Program-made: the position numbers and the translations under genes
Part shown: positions 37,973 through 47,664 of the stretch, piece by piece
How the letters are laid out: each line of letters starts with the position of its first letter
Numbering within the stretch: position 1 is the stretch's first letter
The notes under the pieces: generated by a model
The model's database searches: none
Told to the model about the DNA's origin: nothing
Seen by the model: the letters and a program-made list of their open reading frames with translations, nothing else
Source: Candidatus Nanohaloarchaea archaeon
GTDB taxonomy: Archaea > Nanohalarchaeota > Nanosalinia > Nanosalinales > Nanosalinaceae
Length of the DNA: 64,000 bases
Direction of reading: 5' to 3'
Assembly (NCBI GenBank): GCA_014297435.1
Contig: JACOQA010000001.1
Span: 215,796-279,795 of the forward strand

Positions 37973-38830
37973 ATGGAGTCTGCAGATCTTCATATGCATA
38001 CAACTGCTTCTGACGGAACTGACTCAGTAGATGAAAGAGTTGAACAGGCTAAAGAAAACGGTATTAGGTGTATTGCGGTGACCGATCATGACGCCATCCC
38101 GGACGAATTGAATAATCAGGTCGAAAAAAGAAGTGGCGTGGAAGTCATTACGGGTTCTGAGATAAAATGTGAAGTCGATGGCGAGAAGATTGAGATTCTT
38201 GCATATTTCATAGATCCGGAAGAAGACTCGACTAACAAAATTTTCAAGCAGCTTAAGAAAAACAGGCAAAACCGTATGAAGGAAATGGTCAGAAAACTTG
38301 ACTCGGAGATCAGGGAAGACATTCGGTATCAAGACGTAGTCAGTCGGGCGGATGGAACCGTTGGTAGACCGCATCTCGCAAAGACTCTGGAGGAGAAGAG
38401 CGTAGTCAAAACTTCTGAGGAAGCTTTTGAAAAACTGATTGGCTCTAAACATGAGGCATATGTTGAAACACCAAAAATACCGGCAGAGAAAGTTATCAAT
38501 CTGGTTCACGAAGCAGGAGGCGTCACATCCCTCGCACATCCGGGAAGATCTCTGGAGAAAGAGGAAGCGTTTGAGAAAGTGAAAAAATTGAAACAAGCGG
38601 GTTTGGATGCTATAGAGGTTGAATATACGTACCAGCAGAAGATTGAGCGGGACTCCTTCACAATTCACTTCGCTGAAGATTATGCTAGACAGATAGCAGA
38701 TAGGTTAGACTTATTGAAGACGGGAGGGACCGACTGCCACGGCTCAAACTCTGAAAAATTCAATATAGGAGATGTAACCATACCATACAAGAGAGTTGAG
38801 AAGCTCAGATCCAGAGCTTCAGGTCTGTAA
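37973..38830 (+). CDS. PHP-domain phosphoesterase (YciV/TrpH-like)
   Basis: DLHMHTTASDG, TDHD, GRPH, LAHP, GGTDCHG. Confidence 0.93.
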   Translation: MESADLHMHTTASDGTDSVDERVEQAKENGIRCIAVTDHDAIPDELNNQVEKRSGVEVITGSEIKCEVDGEKIEILAYFIDPEEDSTNKIFKQLKKNRQNRMKEMVRKLDSEIREDIRYQDVVSRADGTVGRPHLAKTLEEKSVVKTSEEAFEKLIGSKHEAYVETPKIPAEKVINLVHEAGGVTSLAHPGRSLEKEEAFEKVKKLKQAGLDAIEVEYTYQQKIERDSFTIHFAEDYARQIADRLDLLKTGGTDCHGSNSEKFNIGDVTIPYKRVEKLRSRASGL

Positions 38831-38863
38831 AACCCTATTAAAGTTGAGTTCTAATCCGGTTCT

Positions 38864-40471
38864 ATGAGTCAAGATCAAAGACCTCTTTTCTGGTCGGACC
38901 AGTTAGCGTTCGGAGTAACGCAGAAATATCCTGACCGAGAAACATACGTATGCGCCTCGGGTATCTCTCCCTCAGGGATCGTACACGCCGGAAACTTCAG
39001 AGAAATTATAACAACTGATTTTGTCGTCAAATCCCTCAAAAACAGGGATGAGAAAGTCAGGTTCATCTACTCGTGGGACGACTATGACCGTTTCAGAAAG
39101 GTTCCCGCAAATGTTCCTGACGAGTTCGAAAAACATATTGGAAAGCCTGTTTCTAAAGTCCCTGATCCGGAAGGATGTCACGACTCATACGCAGAACACT
39201 TCGAATCGCAGCTTGAGGAAGAGCTCGAGGACATGCATATGGATATCGAGTTCATCCGGCAGACACCTAAGTTCGAGAACGGAGACTATGCTGATTTAAT
39301 CAAGAAGGCGATGAAAAATAGGCAGGAAATCAAAGAAATACTGGACAAATACAGGAAAGAGCCTAAGGAAGAACCTTACTATCCTCTAAGTGTTTACTGT
39401 ACTGAGTGCGGTAAGGACTTTACGGAAGTAAGGGATTACAACGGCGAATACACAGTAACTTACTACTGTAATGAATGTGGTACAGAAGAAGAGCTGAACT
39501 TCAAGGAAGAAGGAAATGTCAAGCCGCCTTGGAGAATAGATTGGCCGATGCGATGGGAGTATGAAGAGGTTGATTTCGAACCTGCAGGAAAAGAACACTC
39601 TGCGGCAGGAGGTTCTAGAGATACAGGAAACGAACTGGCGGAGAAGATTTTCGATAAAGAGCCGCCCGTCCACCAGATGTACGAGTTTGTCACGAAGGAT
39701 GGCGGAAAGATCTCCTCAAGCTCAGGAGAGGATGTCTTCACAATCTCTGAACTGAAGAAGGTTTACAGCCCTGAGATGATCAGATTTCTGTTCTCAAACA
39801 CGAAGCCGAACAAATCGTTCGAAATTCCTTTCGTTGATGAGGAAATCTTCCAGCGATACGAGAAGTTCGACAAGATTGAATCAGCTTACTTTAACCCTGA
39901 GAAAATGGAGAACGACAGGAAAAGAAAGCACTGGAAGCGAGTGTATGAGATGGCGATGGTAGAGATACCTGAAGAAGAACCTGTCAGGATTCCTTTCAAA
40001 CAGGCATCGTTCATCGCACAGACAGTTCCTGAAGAGAAATGGGAGACCAAAGGCTTCGAGTCTCTTAGAAGGACTGGACATCTTCCGGATGAACTCTCCG
40101 AAGAAGACAAGCAAAGAACTCTGGACAGGCTTGAGAGAGCGAAGAACTGGGCAAGAGACTATGCGCCGGAGGATTATGTCTACGAAATAAACAACGAGAT
40201 TCCAGAGGAAGTTAGAGAGGAACTTTCTCGGGAAGAAAGAGAGGCAGCGATTAAGCTTGCTAAGATGCTGGAAACCGAGGAATGGAAGGATCAGGATGAC
40301 CTTGATGGAAAGATCTTTGATGTGAAGGAGGAAACGGAGCTCGGAACCGGTGAGTTCTTTAACGCGATGTACAAGGTTATCCTTTCAAGAGAGAGCGGTC
40401 CAAGGCTTTCAAGGCTGATCATCTCGATCGGAGCCAAGGGTTCGGCAGAGATCTTGAGACAGGCGGAGTAG
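38864..40471 (+). CDS. lysS: Lysine--tRNA ligase, class I
   Basis: SGISPSGIVHAGNFRE, WRIDWPMRW, KISSS, GPRL. Confidence 0.97.
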   Translation: MSQDQRPLFWSDQLAFGVTQKYPDRETYVCASGISPSGIVHAGNFREIITTDFVVKSLKNRDEKVRFIYSWDDYDRFRKVPANVPDEFEKHIGKPVSKVPDPEGCHDSYAEHFESQLEEELEDMHMDIEFIRQTPKFENGDYADLIKKAMKNRQEIKEILDKYRKEPKEEPYYPLSVYCTECGKDFTEVRDYNGEYTVTYYCNECGTEEELNFKEEGNVKPPWRIDWPMRWEYEEVDFEPAGKEHSAAGGSRDTGNELAEKIFDKEPPVHQMYEFVTKDGGKISSSSGEDVFTISELKKVYSPEMIRFLFSNTKPNKSFEIPFVDEEIFQRYEKFDKIESAYFNPEKMENDRKRKHWKRVYEMAMVEIPEEEPVRIPFKQASFIAQTVPEEKWETKGFESLRRTGHLPDELSEEDKQRTLDRLERAKNWARDYAPEDYVYEINNEIPEEVREELSREEREAAIKLAKMLETEEWKDQDDLDGKIFDVKEETELGTGEFFNAMYKVILSRESGPRLSRLIISIGAKGSAEILRQAE

Positions 40472-40569
40472 GAGTTTTAAGATCTCTCCGATTGTTTTCA
40501 CGTACAATTTTTTCTTTTCTAGGATTAGGACATCAAACCTTTTTAATTTTTACTACCAAATAACAACAT

Positions 40570-41667
40570 ATGGCTAATAATCAGGCAAATGAATTCGAGA
40601 GGCAAAAAGAAAGGAGGTTTGAAGACATAGACGAAGACTTCAGTCTAATAAGTGAAGACGGCAAGAAGAAGATGGAGGAAATTGATGAAAGGAAAGCCAG
40701 AATAACTGAATCAAACGGCCTCTTTTCACAAAATTACTCGGAAGTAGAGCAAATTATAGATACGCTGACGCCATCAAGACTTAATGAAGAACGGTTTATA
40801 GATCTGGCTGTGGTTGCAAACTCCGATAGCAACAACCTTGATCAAGTTAAAGATGTCCTAAAAGAGAATTACGGAAGAAACAAAGAATCAGTAAGGAATA
40901 CTATAGAGAGGTTTAACGAGGAAGATCTGGTTGAATCCGGACAGACAACGCCCAAAGGCGACGTCGCCAGAGAACTTACTGAAGAACTAGTTGTTGCAGA
41001 ACTCGATAATACTTCAGATATAGAGGACAGGCTCTACTCTGCAGCACTTGAACCTTTCGGACTTGAAGATACTGAATCAAACAGGGATATCCTTGCCTCC
41101 GTAATTAACGAAAACGCTATCTCCGAAATCGATGAACTGGCTGAAGCAGCCGAGGCCAAAAAACAGAGAGAAGCGGCTCAAAATGCCGCATCCATGGCAT
41201 CAGGTTTCAATAGCGGTAAAGCTTATGTTTTTGAAGTAATAGCAGAAAATGATGAGCCAATTATCGGAAGCCAAGCAATAAACGTCGTGGAACAGTCTCG
41301 TCTAGACTATGTAGAAGTGAATCGATCGACAGCAAGAACCCAGCTAGCTGATTGGGTGGATCAAGGACTTCTCAACGTCACTGATGACGGATATGAGACT
41401 ACAGAAAAGGGCGACAGAGTCTACGGGATATTCAAAGGCGCAGCAAAGGACCTTGCTTCGACCCAAGAACGGATTGAAGATTATACAGACCTAATGAGTA
41501 AGAGGGTTGATCAGAAAGAAGTTAGAGACCAGAGCTACATGGAAGAGACCGAGGAGCTTGATAACGCACTTGCACTGGTTGGAGAGGAGAAACTTGATCT
41601 AGATAAGTACTCAACAGTATCCAAGTATGTCTCCAAGGATCTAGAGGTAGAAGTCCCTAAAATCTAA
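40570..41667 (+). CDS. Hypothetical protein with two winged-helix-like domains
   Basis: SVRNTIERFNEEDLV..TTPKG and RSTARTQLADWVDQGLL..YETTEKG. Confidence 0.65.
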   Translation: MANNQANEFERQKERRFEDIDEDFSLISEDGKKKMEEIDERKARITESNGLFSQNYSEVEQIIDTLTPSRLNEERFIDLAVVANSDSNNLDQVKDVLKENYGRNKESVRNTIERFNEEDLVESGQTTPKGDVARELTEELVVAELDNTSDIEDRLYSAALEPFGLEDTESNRDILASVINENAISEIDELAEAAEAKKQREAAQNAASMASGFNSGKAYVFEVIAENDEPIIGSQAINVVEQSRLDYVEVNRSTARTQLADWVDQGLLNVTDDGYETTEKGDRVYGIFKGAAKDLASTQERIEDYTDLMSKRVDQKEVRDQSYMEETEELDNALALVGEEKLDLDKYSTVSKYVSKDLEVEVPKI

Positions 41668-41809
41668 AATAGAGTTTCAATCACTTATCTATTTCTCCTA
41701 TTTTCCGGTATGATGGCGTTACGCTCTAATCTCAAGTACATGGTTGCCTTGACTTACGCGTTTTTCCGGGAATTGTTTTTTTATTAAAGTGTCTGAAAAT
41801 ACAGATATA

Positions 41810-44470
41810 ATGCCGCAACATAGTAAGTCTCTGGAAGAAGTTTACTCGGACCTCGGAACTTCAGAGGAAGGCTTAAGCAGTGAAGAAGCAGAAAAAAGCC
41901 TTGAGGAAAACGGTGAGAACCGAATAGAAAGCGATGATACAACCTCAGCATGGAGGATACTTCTTAGCCAGTTCCAGGATAACCTAATCTACCTGTTGTT
42001 TGCGGCCGGTATACTATCGTTGGGCATAGGGTTAGTCCCGGGCCACAGCCCTGAATACAGGGAGGCTGGCGTAATACTACTTATACTATTGGCAAACGGT
42101 TTCTTTGGTTTTATACAGGATTACAGAGCGGAGAAATCTATCCAGGCTTTGAAGAAAATGTCCACGCCTGGTGCAACAGTCAAGCGTGATGGGAAAAAAG
42201 TGGAAATAGATTCAACCGAGATTGTTCCCGGAGATATTATTTACCTGGAGCAGGGTGACGCTGTTCCTGCTGATGCAAGGATAATCGAGGCAGAATCACT
42301 TTCAACAGACGAGTCCGCTTTGACCGGCGAAAGCCAAGAAGTTTCGAAACAAGCTGGCACTGTCTCGGATGATTCAGCGCTAGCAGACCGCGACAACATG
42401 GTATTTATGAACACCCACGTTGTGAAGGGTAGAGGCAAAGCTGTTGTAACTGCTACAGGCATGGATACCGAGGTAGGAGATATCGCTGAAGAGCTGGAAG
42501 ATGCTGAAACAGAGAGGACGCCATTCCAGCAGGAGGTCGATGCCATGGGTAAGAAGATCGGCATGCTTGTAATAGGTATTATTTCCCTTGTGGCGGTGAT
42601 CCAGGCAGTTCTTACCGGGGCCGATGTTATCACTATTCTTCTGCTTGCGATTGGACTTTCGGTTGCTGCGATACCCGAGTCGTTACCCGCAATCGTTACC
42701 TTGACGCTTGCGTTAGGTTCTCGGAAACTGTTGAAGAAAGATGCTCTGGTAAGACGGCTTCCTGTTGTTGAAGCACTTGGCTCTGTGAACTATATTGTAA
42801 CCGATAAGACCGGTACCTTGACAGAAGGAACCATGACTGTGGAGAATCTTTACTACCAGGGCGAAGAGTTCGATGTTGGAGGCACTGGTACAGCAATAAA
42901 CGGAGACTTCAGACGTAACGGTCATGAGACCGATTCAGAGTACCTGGAACCGCTTCTTGAGTGTGGTGTATACTGTAACAACGCCGAGAAACTTGAGGAT
43001 GGGTTTAGAGGTGAACCTACAGAGGTTGCCTTACTTGTGGCAGGTATGAAGGCAGGAATCGAGGAAAATGATGAACGACAGAGAAGTGTACCCTTCTCCT
43101 CTGAAAGAAAGCGGATGACCATAGTTAAAGATAATACTGCCTACATGAAGGGTGCTCCTGAAACTGTACTCGAAAGATGCGATCGTATTCTGCTAGATGG
43201 TGAGAAAAAAGAGCTTACAGAAGAGAGAAAGCAGGAAGTACTAGATAGAAACCATCAAATGGCTAGAGATGCGTTAAGAGTTCTTGGATTCGCCCAGAAG
43301 CAGGTAGAGGATCCTGAGATGGATGAGGATGAGCTTGAGTCAGAACTAGTTTTCTTAGGTCTTCAGGGAATGATGGATCCTGCGCGTGGTGAGGTTAAGG
43401 AAGCAGTGGAGGACTGCCGAACCGCAGGCATCGGTGTAGTAATGGCTACAGGTGATAATATTGAGACGGCGAAGGCTATAGGAAAGGAGCTAGGCTTCAA
43501 TCCTAAGGGCGCGATGAGAGGTCCAGAGATTGAGGAGTTGTCCGATGAAGAGCTTCAAAAGAAAGTCACAGAGGTTGAGATCTTCGCACGTGTTTCACCA
43601 CAGCACAAGGTAAGAATACTACAGGCACTACAGGATCAAGGATACAACGTTGCGATGACAGGAGATGGGGTTAACGATGCTCCAGCTCTAAAGAACTCGG
43701 ATGTCGGTGTTGCCATGGGTCAGAGAGGTACGGATGTTGCGAAGAAAAGCAGCGACATGGTCTTGCAGGACGACAACTTTGTTACGATCAGGGATGCAAT
43801 TGCAGAAGGAAGAGCTATCTTTGATAACATTAGAAAGGTGACTAACCAGCTTCTCTCAACAAACTCGGGAGAGGTTATGTTCGTCTTTATCGGAACACTT
43901 ATAGGAGGATTGTTCTTCCCTGAGTACTTCTCTGAAGGTGACTCGGTTGTATTAACTGCTTTGATGATTTTATGGGTTAACTTTGCTTCTGACGGTCCTC
44001 CGGCGATCGCGCTTGGGAAGGATCCGAAAGTCGAAGGTATTATGGAGAGGGATCCTAGGGGCAGAGATGAACCAATACTTGATAAGAAGATTCTATCGAT
44101 GATAGCAGTTACAGGACCTCTTGCAGCTATTATCATGTTGCCGGTGTTCTTCCTGAACATCGATAACTTTGCCTACGCACAGACCATGTTGTTCATGGCA
44201 CTGGCGTTCTTCGAGATAATGATGTTCCAGGTTATCAGAAGAGACTATGGCCTTAGACTTAAACAGAACGTTTACTTGATTGCGGCGATACTCTTCGCGT
44301 CGATGACGCACCTGGCAATACTTTACACACCGCTTTCCGATCTTTTCAAGACCGTTCCGCTTCAGCCACACCACTGGGCTCAGGTAGCGATCGCACTTGG
44401 AGTTTTCACCGTGCTCGAGTACGGTTTCAGGAGGCTGCTATCCCGTAAGTTCGGTAACCGTGTCGAGTGA
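41810..44470 (+). CDS. P-type ATPase, type IIA (Ca2+-transporting-like)
   Basis: TGES, IPE, DKTGTLT, KGAPE, TGDN, GDGVND. Confidence 0.95.
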   Translation: MPQHSKSLEEVYSDLGTSEEGLSSEEAEKSLEENGENRIESDDTTSAWRILLSQFQDNLIYLLFAAGILSLGIGLVPGHSPEYREAGVILLILLANGFFGFIQDYRAEKSIQALKKMSTPGATVKRDGKKVEIDSTEIVPGDIIYLEQGDAVPADARIIEAESLSTDESALTGESQEVSKQAGTVSDDSALADRDNMVFMNTHVVKGRGKAVVTATGMDTEVGDIAEELEDAETERTPFQQEVDAMGKKIGMLVIGIISLVAVIQAVLTGADVITILLLAIGLSVAAIPESLPAIVTLTLALGSRKLLKKDALVRRLPVVEALGSVNYIVTDKTGTLTEGTMTVENLYYQGEEFDVGGTGTAINGDFRRNGHETDSEYLEPLLECGVYCNNAEKLEDGFRGEPTEVALLVAGMKAGIEENDERQRSVPFSSERKRMTIVKDNTAYMKGAPETVLERCDRILLDGEKKELTEERKQEVLDRNHQMARDALRVLGFAQKQVEDPEMDEDELESELVFLGLQGMMDPARGEVKEAVEDCRTAGIGVVMATGDNIETAKAIGKELGFNPKGAMRGPEIEELSDEELQKKVTEVEIFARVSPQHKVRILQALQDQGYNVAMTGDGVNDAPALKNSDVGVAMGQRGTDVAKKSSDMVLQDDNFVTIRDAIAEGRAIFDNIRKVTNQLLSTNSGEVMFVFIGTLIGGLFFPEYFSEGDSVVLTALMILWVNFASDGPPAIALGKDPKVEGIMERDPRGRDEPILDKKILSMIAVTGPLAAIIMLPVFFLNIDNFAYAQTMLFMALAFFEIMMFQVIRRDYGLRLKQNVYLIAAILFASMTHLAILYTPLSDLFKTVPLQPHHWAQVAIALGVFTVLEYGFRRLLSRKFGNRVE

Positions 44471-44500
44471 AGTTTAAACCTGAGGAACCAAACGAGGTTT

Positions 44501-45118
44501 ATGGATTCCAAGTTCAGGTTCGTTGCACTCCAGCTCTGCACGGTGCTAGGCTTGGTCTACTTTTTACAGGCTTCGACAGGTTTTAACCCGGGATTTAACG
44601 CCTCTGCTTCCCCTTTCTACAAGTTCTTTACCTCTGTACTGGGTCATTCAGGTCTCGAGCATCTTCTGAATAATCTGTTCTTCCTTGGACTTTTCGGCTC
44701 AATCTACGAGCGTTACACCTCCGGTAAACTATTTCTGTTTACTTTCCTGGTTTCCGCACTACTCGCAAATATTTCGGCCTTTGTGTTCTTCCCTTCCAGC
44801 TATATTATCGGTGCTTCGGGTGGAGCTATGGGAGTTCTCGCAGCTTTAGCGGTTTACAGACCTAAACAGATCGGTCTGGCTTTAGGAGTTCCTCTTCCTA
44901 TGTGGGCTGTATTCATAATTTATACTTTGATCCAGTTCGCCGGTCTAACAGGGAGTACGAACACAGCTTATGAAGCACATCTGTTGGGCATGGTTTCCGG
45001 AGGTTTAATCGGATACAGGTTGAGGGAGGAGGATCTTCTTAGTTCAGATGGGGGTCAGGATGAACAGGACGAATGGCGGGAAAGAATACGTGAATGGGAA
45101 GATCGCTGGATGATGTAG
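44501..45118 (+). CDS. Rhomboid intramembrane serine protease
   Basis: HxxxxHxxxN, GASG, AHLLG. Confidence 0.92.
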   Translation: MDSKFRFVALQLCTVLGLVYFLQASTGFNPGFNASASPFYKFFTSVLGHSGLEHLLNNLFFLGLFGSIYERYTSGKLFLFTFLVSALLANISAFVFFPSSYIIGASGGAMGVLAALAVYRPKQIGLALGVPLPMWAVFIIYTLIQFAGLTGSTNTAYEAHLLGMVSGGLIGYRLREEDLLSSDGGQDEQDEWRERIREWEDRWMM

Positions 45119-45164
45119 AGATTTCTGATATTTTACACGATTGCTGAATTAACTGAAAAGTGAA

Positions 45165-45258
45165 GGGTGGGTCGAAGCGCGAGGCTTCCAGACCCGACCC
45201 GCTCCGCAATTTTCGGCGGAACTATTGGTTGTCAACCCCGGTTTACGGGGTCAAGTCC
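45165..45258 (-). ncRNA. Candidate structured ncRNA (three GC-rich hairpins)
   Basis: UUGACCCCG/CGGGGUUGA, UCCGC/GCGGA, GGGU-GGGUC-GAAGC/GCUUC-GACCC-ACCC followed by U-tract; G-U pairs only work on the minus strand. Confidence 0.5.
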
Positions 45259-45283
45259 TAATTGAATAGTAAACGTTAACAGG

Positions 45284-46000
45284 CTAACGATTCAGCAGTC
45301 GGAGACTTTCCGGATCAAAAGTCAGTTCGGCGGCATTCTGCTCCAGCCAATCCTTTGAACTCCGGTGATCAGGGTGAAGTTCTTCTACGAGGACCCAGAA
45401 TTCCTCGCCATGATTCATATGTACGAGGTGGGCAACTTCATGTGCTACAACATAGTCAACGACCCTTTGAGGTCCAAGAACCAGCCGCCAGTTGAAGTTG
45501 AGGTTCTTCTTGCGTGAACAGCTACCCCAGCGAGTGGTTTGATCCCTAACAAAAATCTTCTCATAATCTTCTGCTATCCTGTCAGTGTATAGATCCGACT
45601 TGTATTCGAAGATGTTTCTGGCTTCATCTTTCAGAACCTGTTTCAACCGGTATTTCACTGAGGTACGCTCCACTAGGTGCTCTGCTAGAAGGATATCATC
45701 GTCTACCTTACCGGTTTTTCTACTTTCGATCCTGATCTCCTTCTGTTCGCCGAGCACTCTCCAGTTCTCGCCCTCCATAAACAGTCTTTTCGGTATCTTC
45801 TCACGGTATTTCTCGTGGTCTTTACGTATTCTTAATACCCAGTTCTTCTTCCGTTTTAGAAGATTCTCGGCTTTAAGTGCCGATTTCTCAGGGATTACAA
45901 CCTCGAAGTAAGTCTTCTTCGACCGGATGTTAGGCTTTTGGGCTTTCGAACTGGTTCTAGTGGTGTAACGTACTGTCTCTCCGTCGAGTTCCAGCCTCAC
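45284..46000 (-). CDS. YgjP/DUF45 (SprT-like, M48-related) metal-dependent hydrolase
   Basis: RWGSCS, LNFNWRL, HEVAH, NHGEEFW. Confidence 0.92.
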   Translation of the reverse strand: MRLELDGETVRYTTRTSSKAQKPNIRSKKTYFEVVIPEKSALKAENLLKRKKNWVLRIRKDHEKYREKIPKRLFMEGENWRVLGEQKEIRIESRKTGKVDDDILLAEHLVERTSVKYRLKQVLKDEARNIFEYKSDLYTDRIAEDYEKIFVRDQTTRWGSCSRKKNLNFNWRLVLGPQRVVDYVVAHEVAHLVHMNHGEEFWVLVEELHPDHRSSKDWLEQNAAELTFDPESLRLLNR

Positions 46001-46506
46001 AAAAGACAGGTTTCCTGCCGACCGATTTTAAACCACGAGCTTTTTCCTGTATAGACGAACTTTTTTAAACCCGTCGCCATAATGTAACGATATGAGTCAC
46101 AAAGCCAGAATCTCAACGAAGTTTTCAGGAAGAGCTGCAGCAGTGACTCGGATCTCTACTTATCTAAATACACAGTATTTCTCCAAGCTATTTACCACGT
46201 ATATGTGACGCGTGGAAAGTAGGCTGGGAAATCCTGGCCGGCTTCTCAACTCAGGGAAGCACGGGCAAAAGGACTCAACCGAAAAACAACCGATCTCTTA
46301 CTTCCAGACAAAAATACAACTTAAAGAACTATTCAAACAACCTAAAGCTCCAGCTATAACGCTTCAAGATAAAAAGAGGACGTCAAGCCATGAAAAACAC
46401 GAAAAATTCAGAAGGTGATTCCATGTAAACCCACTAATTCAATTTCTATTTTTTCCAAAAATTCTCGCATTAATTGATTCTGAAACTAAATTAATTGAAA
46501 TAAGAA

Positions 46507-46905
46507 TTAGAGAGGGTTGAAGTCTCTCCCATCATCGTCATCCTCGAAGTAATCATCTACATCCCGTTCATCATTGTTACTCTCTTCTGAATCTTGTCTC
46601 TTGCTTGATCCTCTGTTGTTCTGAGTTCTACTGGATTCCTGTCTGTTGGAATGTCTTTTCTGGTTATCTGACTCTTGTTTCTGTCTTCTCTGCTGTCGTT
46701 GTTTTTGTCTCTGCTGCGTCTGTTCCTGTTGCTGGTTCTGCATGTTTTCGATCATCCGGTCTGTGTCGATACCTGCGTCCTCTAATGCTTGCATATGTCT
46801 CTGTAGTTGTGAGTTAACAATCTGTAGGATTCTAGATAACTCTTTTTTCTCATGCATAAGTGTTTCTACGGCGCCCTTGTGTTTTCCGATCTGTTCGTCG
46901 GTCAT
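46507..46905 (-). CDS. Hypothetical protein: helical N-terminus plus Gln/Arg-rich disordered tail
   Basis: EQIGKHKGAVETL..HMQALEDAGID then low-complexity region. Confidence 0.8.
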   Translation of the reverse strand: MTDEQIGKHKGAVETLMHEKKELSRILQIVNSQLQRHMQALEDAGIDTDRMIENMQNQQQEQTQQRQKQRQQRRQKQESDNQKRHSNRQESSRTQNNRGSSKRQDSEESNNDERDVDDYFEDDDDGRDFNPL

Positions 46906-47111
46906 ACAAAAGTATTGAATGCGCCGGAGGTTTAAAAATAAGGAAACCTCGTCGATGCCGGACTAAACCAAGTTCTGCTTTACCGCATCGTTCCCAGTAG
47001 TTACCACAGCTTTATCGAATTATTTGTTTCAATATTAAACAGGATTTATAGTCCAGCGCACCTGAGGGATTTCTTGAGTAATTTAACTTTTCAGTTCAAC
47101 ATGTTCCTAAA

Positions 47112-47531
47112 ATGGTAATGGAAAGCATCAGATCAGCCCTTAACTACCCTGGGGAAATGTATACGGACAAAAAGACCACTACATTGAATGGTGCGGACGC
47201 ACTGGATTTTGCTGAAGAACTGGAAGAAAACACTACAACGATACAGCTTTATACTGACGATACGATCAGTGGCACTGTCGACTACATAACCCGGCTGGAC
47301 GAAAGTAGAGATGAAAAAAACGTGTATGAGGTCGATATAGAGAGGTTCTCTAACAGAGATGAGCCATTCACATGGGTGAGGATGGAAGCTGAATTACCTA
47401 GTACGGAGAAAATAGATGAACTTCCGGAAGCACCGTTCCAGCAACCAAAACTTCTGTCAGAACCTCTGGAAGTGATAATACATGGAGAATCCCCTTACAG
47501 CTGGCAGGAAACGGTTGAAAAACTAATCTAA
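47112..47531 (+). CDS. Acidic hypothetical protein
   Basis: 139-aa ORF, TATA upstream. Confidence 0.7.
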   Translation: MVMESIRSALNYPGEMYTDKKTTTLNGADALDFAEELEENTTTIQLYTDDTISGTVDYITRLDESRDEKNVYEVDIERFSNRDEPFTWVRMEAELPSTEKIDELPEAPFQQPKLLSEPLEVIIHGESPYSWQETVEKLI

Positions 47532-47664
47532 ACATAAGCAAGGCACGCAATCAAATTTGGGGGATTTAAGGGAATTGCGTGAGCGTTCTCTCCAAAGTCG
47601 GCTACCTTACGATATTGGATGAGGGCAGTGGACAGACTAATTTTCCAATAAATTTCTACTGGTT

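Noticed and set aside
45165-45258. 5S rRNA, SRP RNA, RNase P RNA or HDV-like ribozyme
   Set aside because: Lacks the 5S CCGAAC loop, SRP helix-8 GGAA/AGCAG, RNase P GAGGAAAGUCC and the HDV nested pseudoknot pairing
46206-46260. Selenocysteine UGA with SECIS-like hairpin
   Set aside because: No redox motif context, product basic and atypical, no Sec machinery in the window
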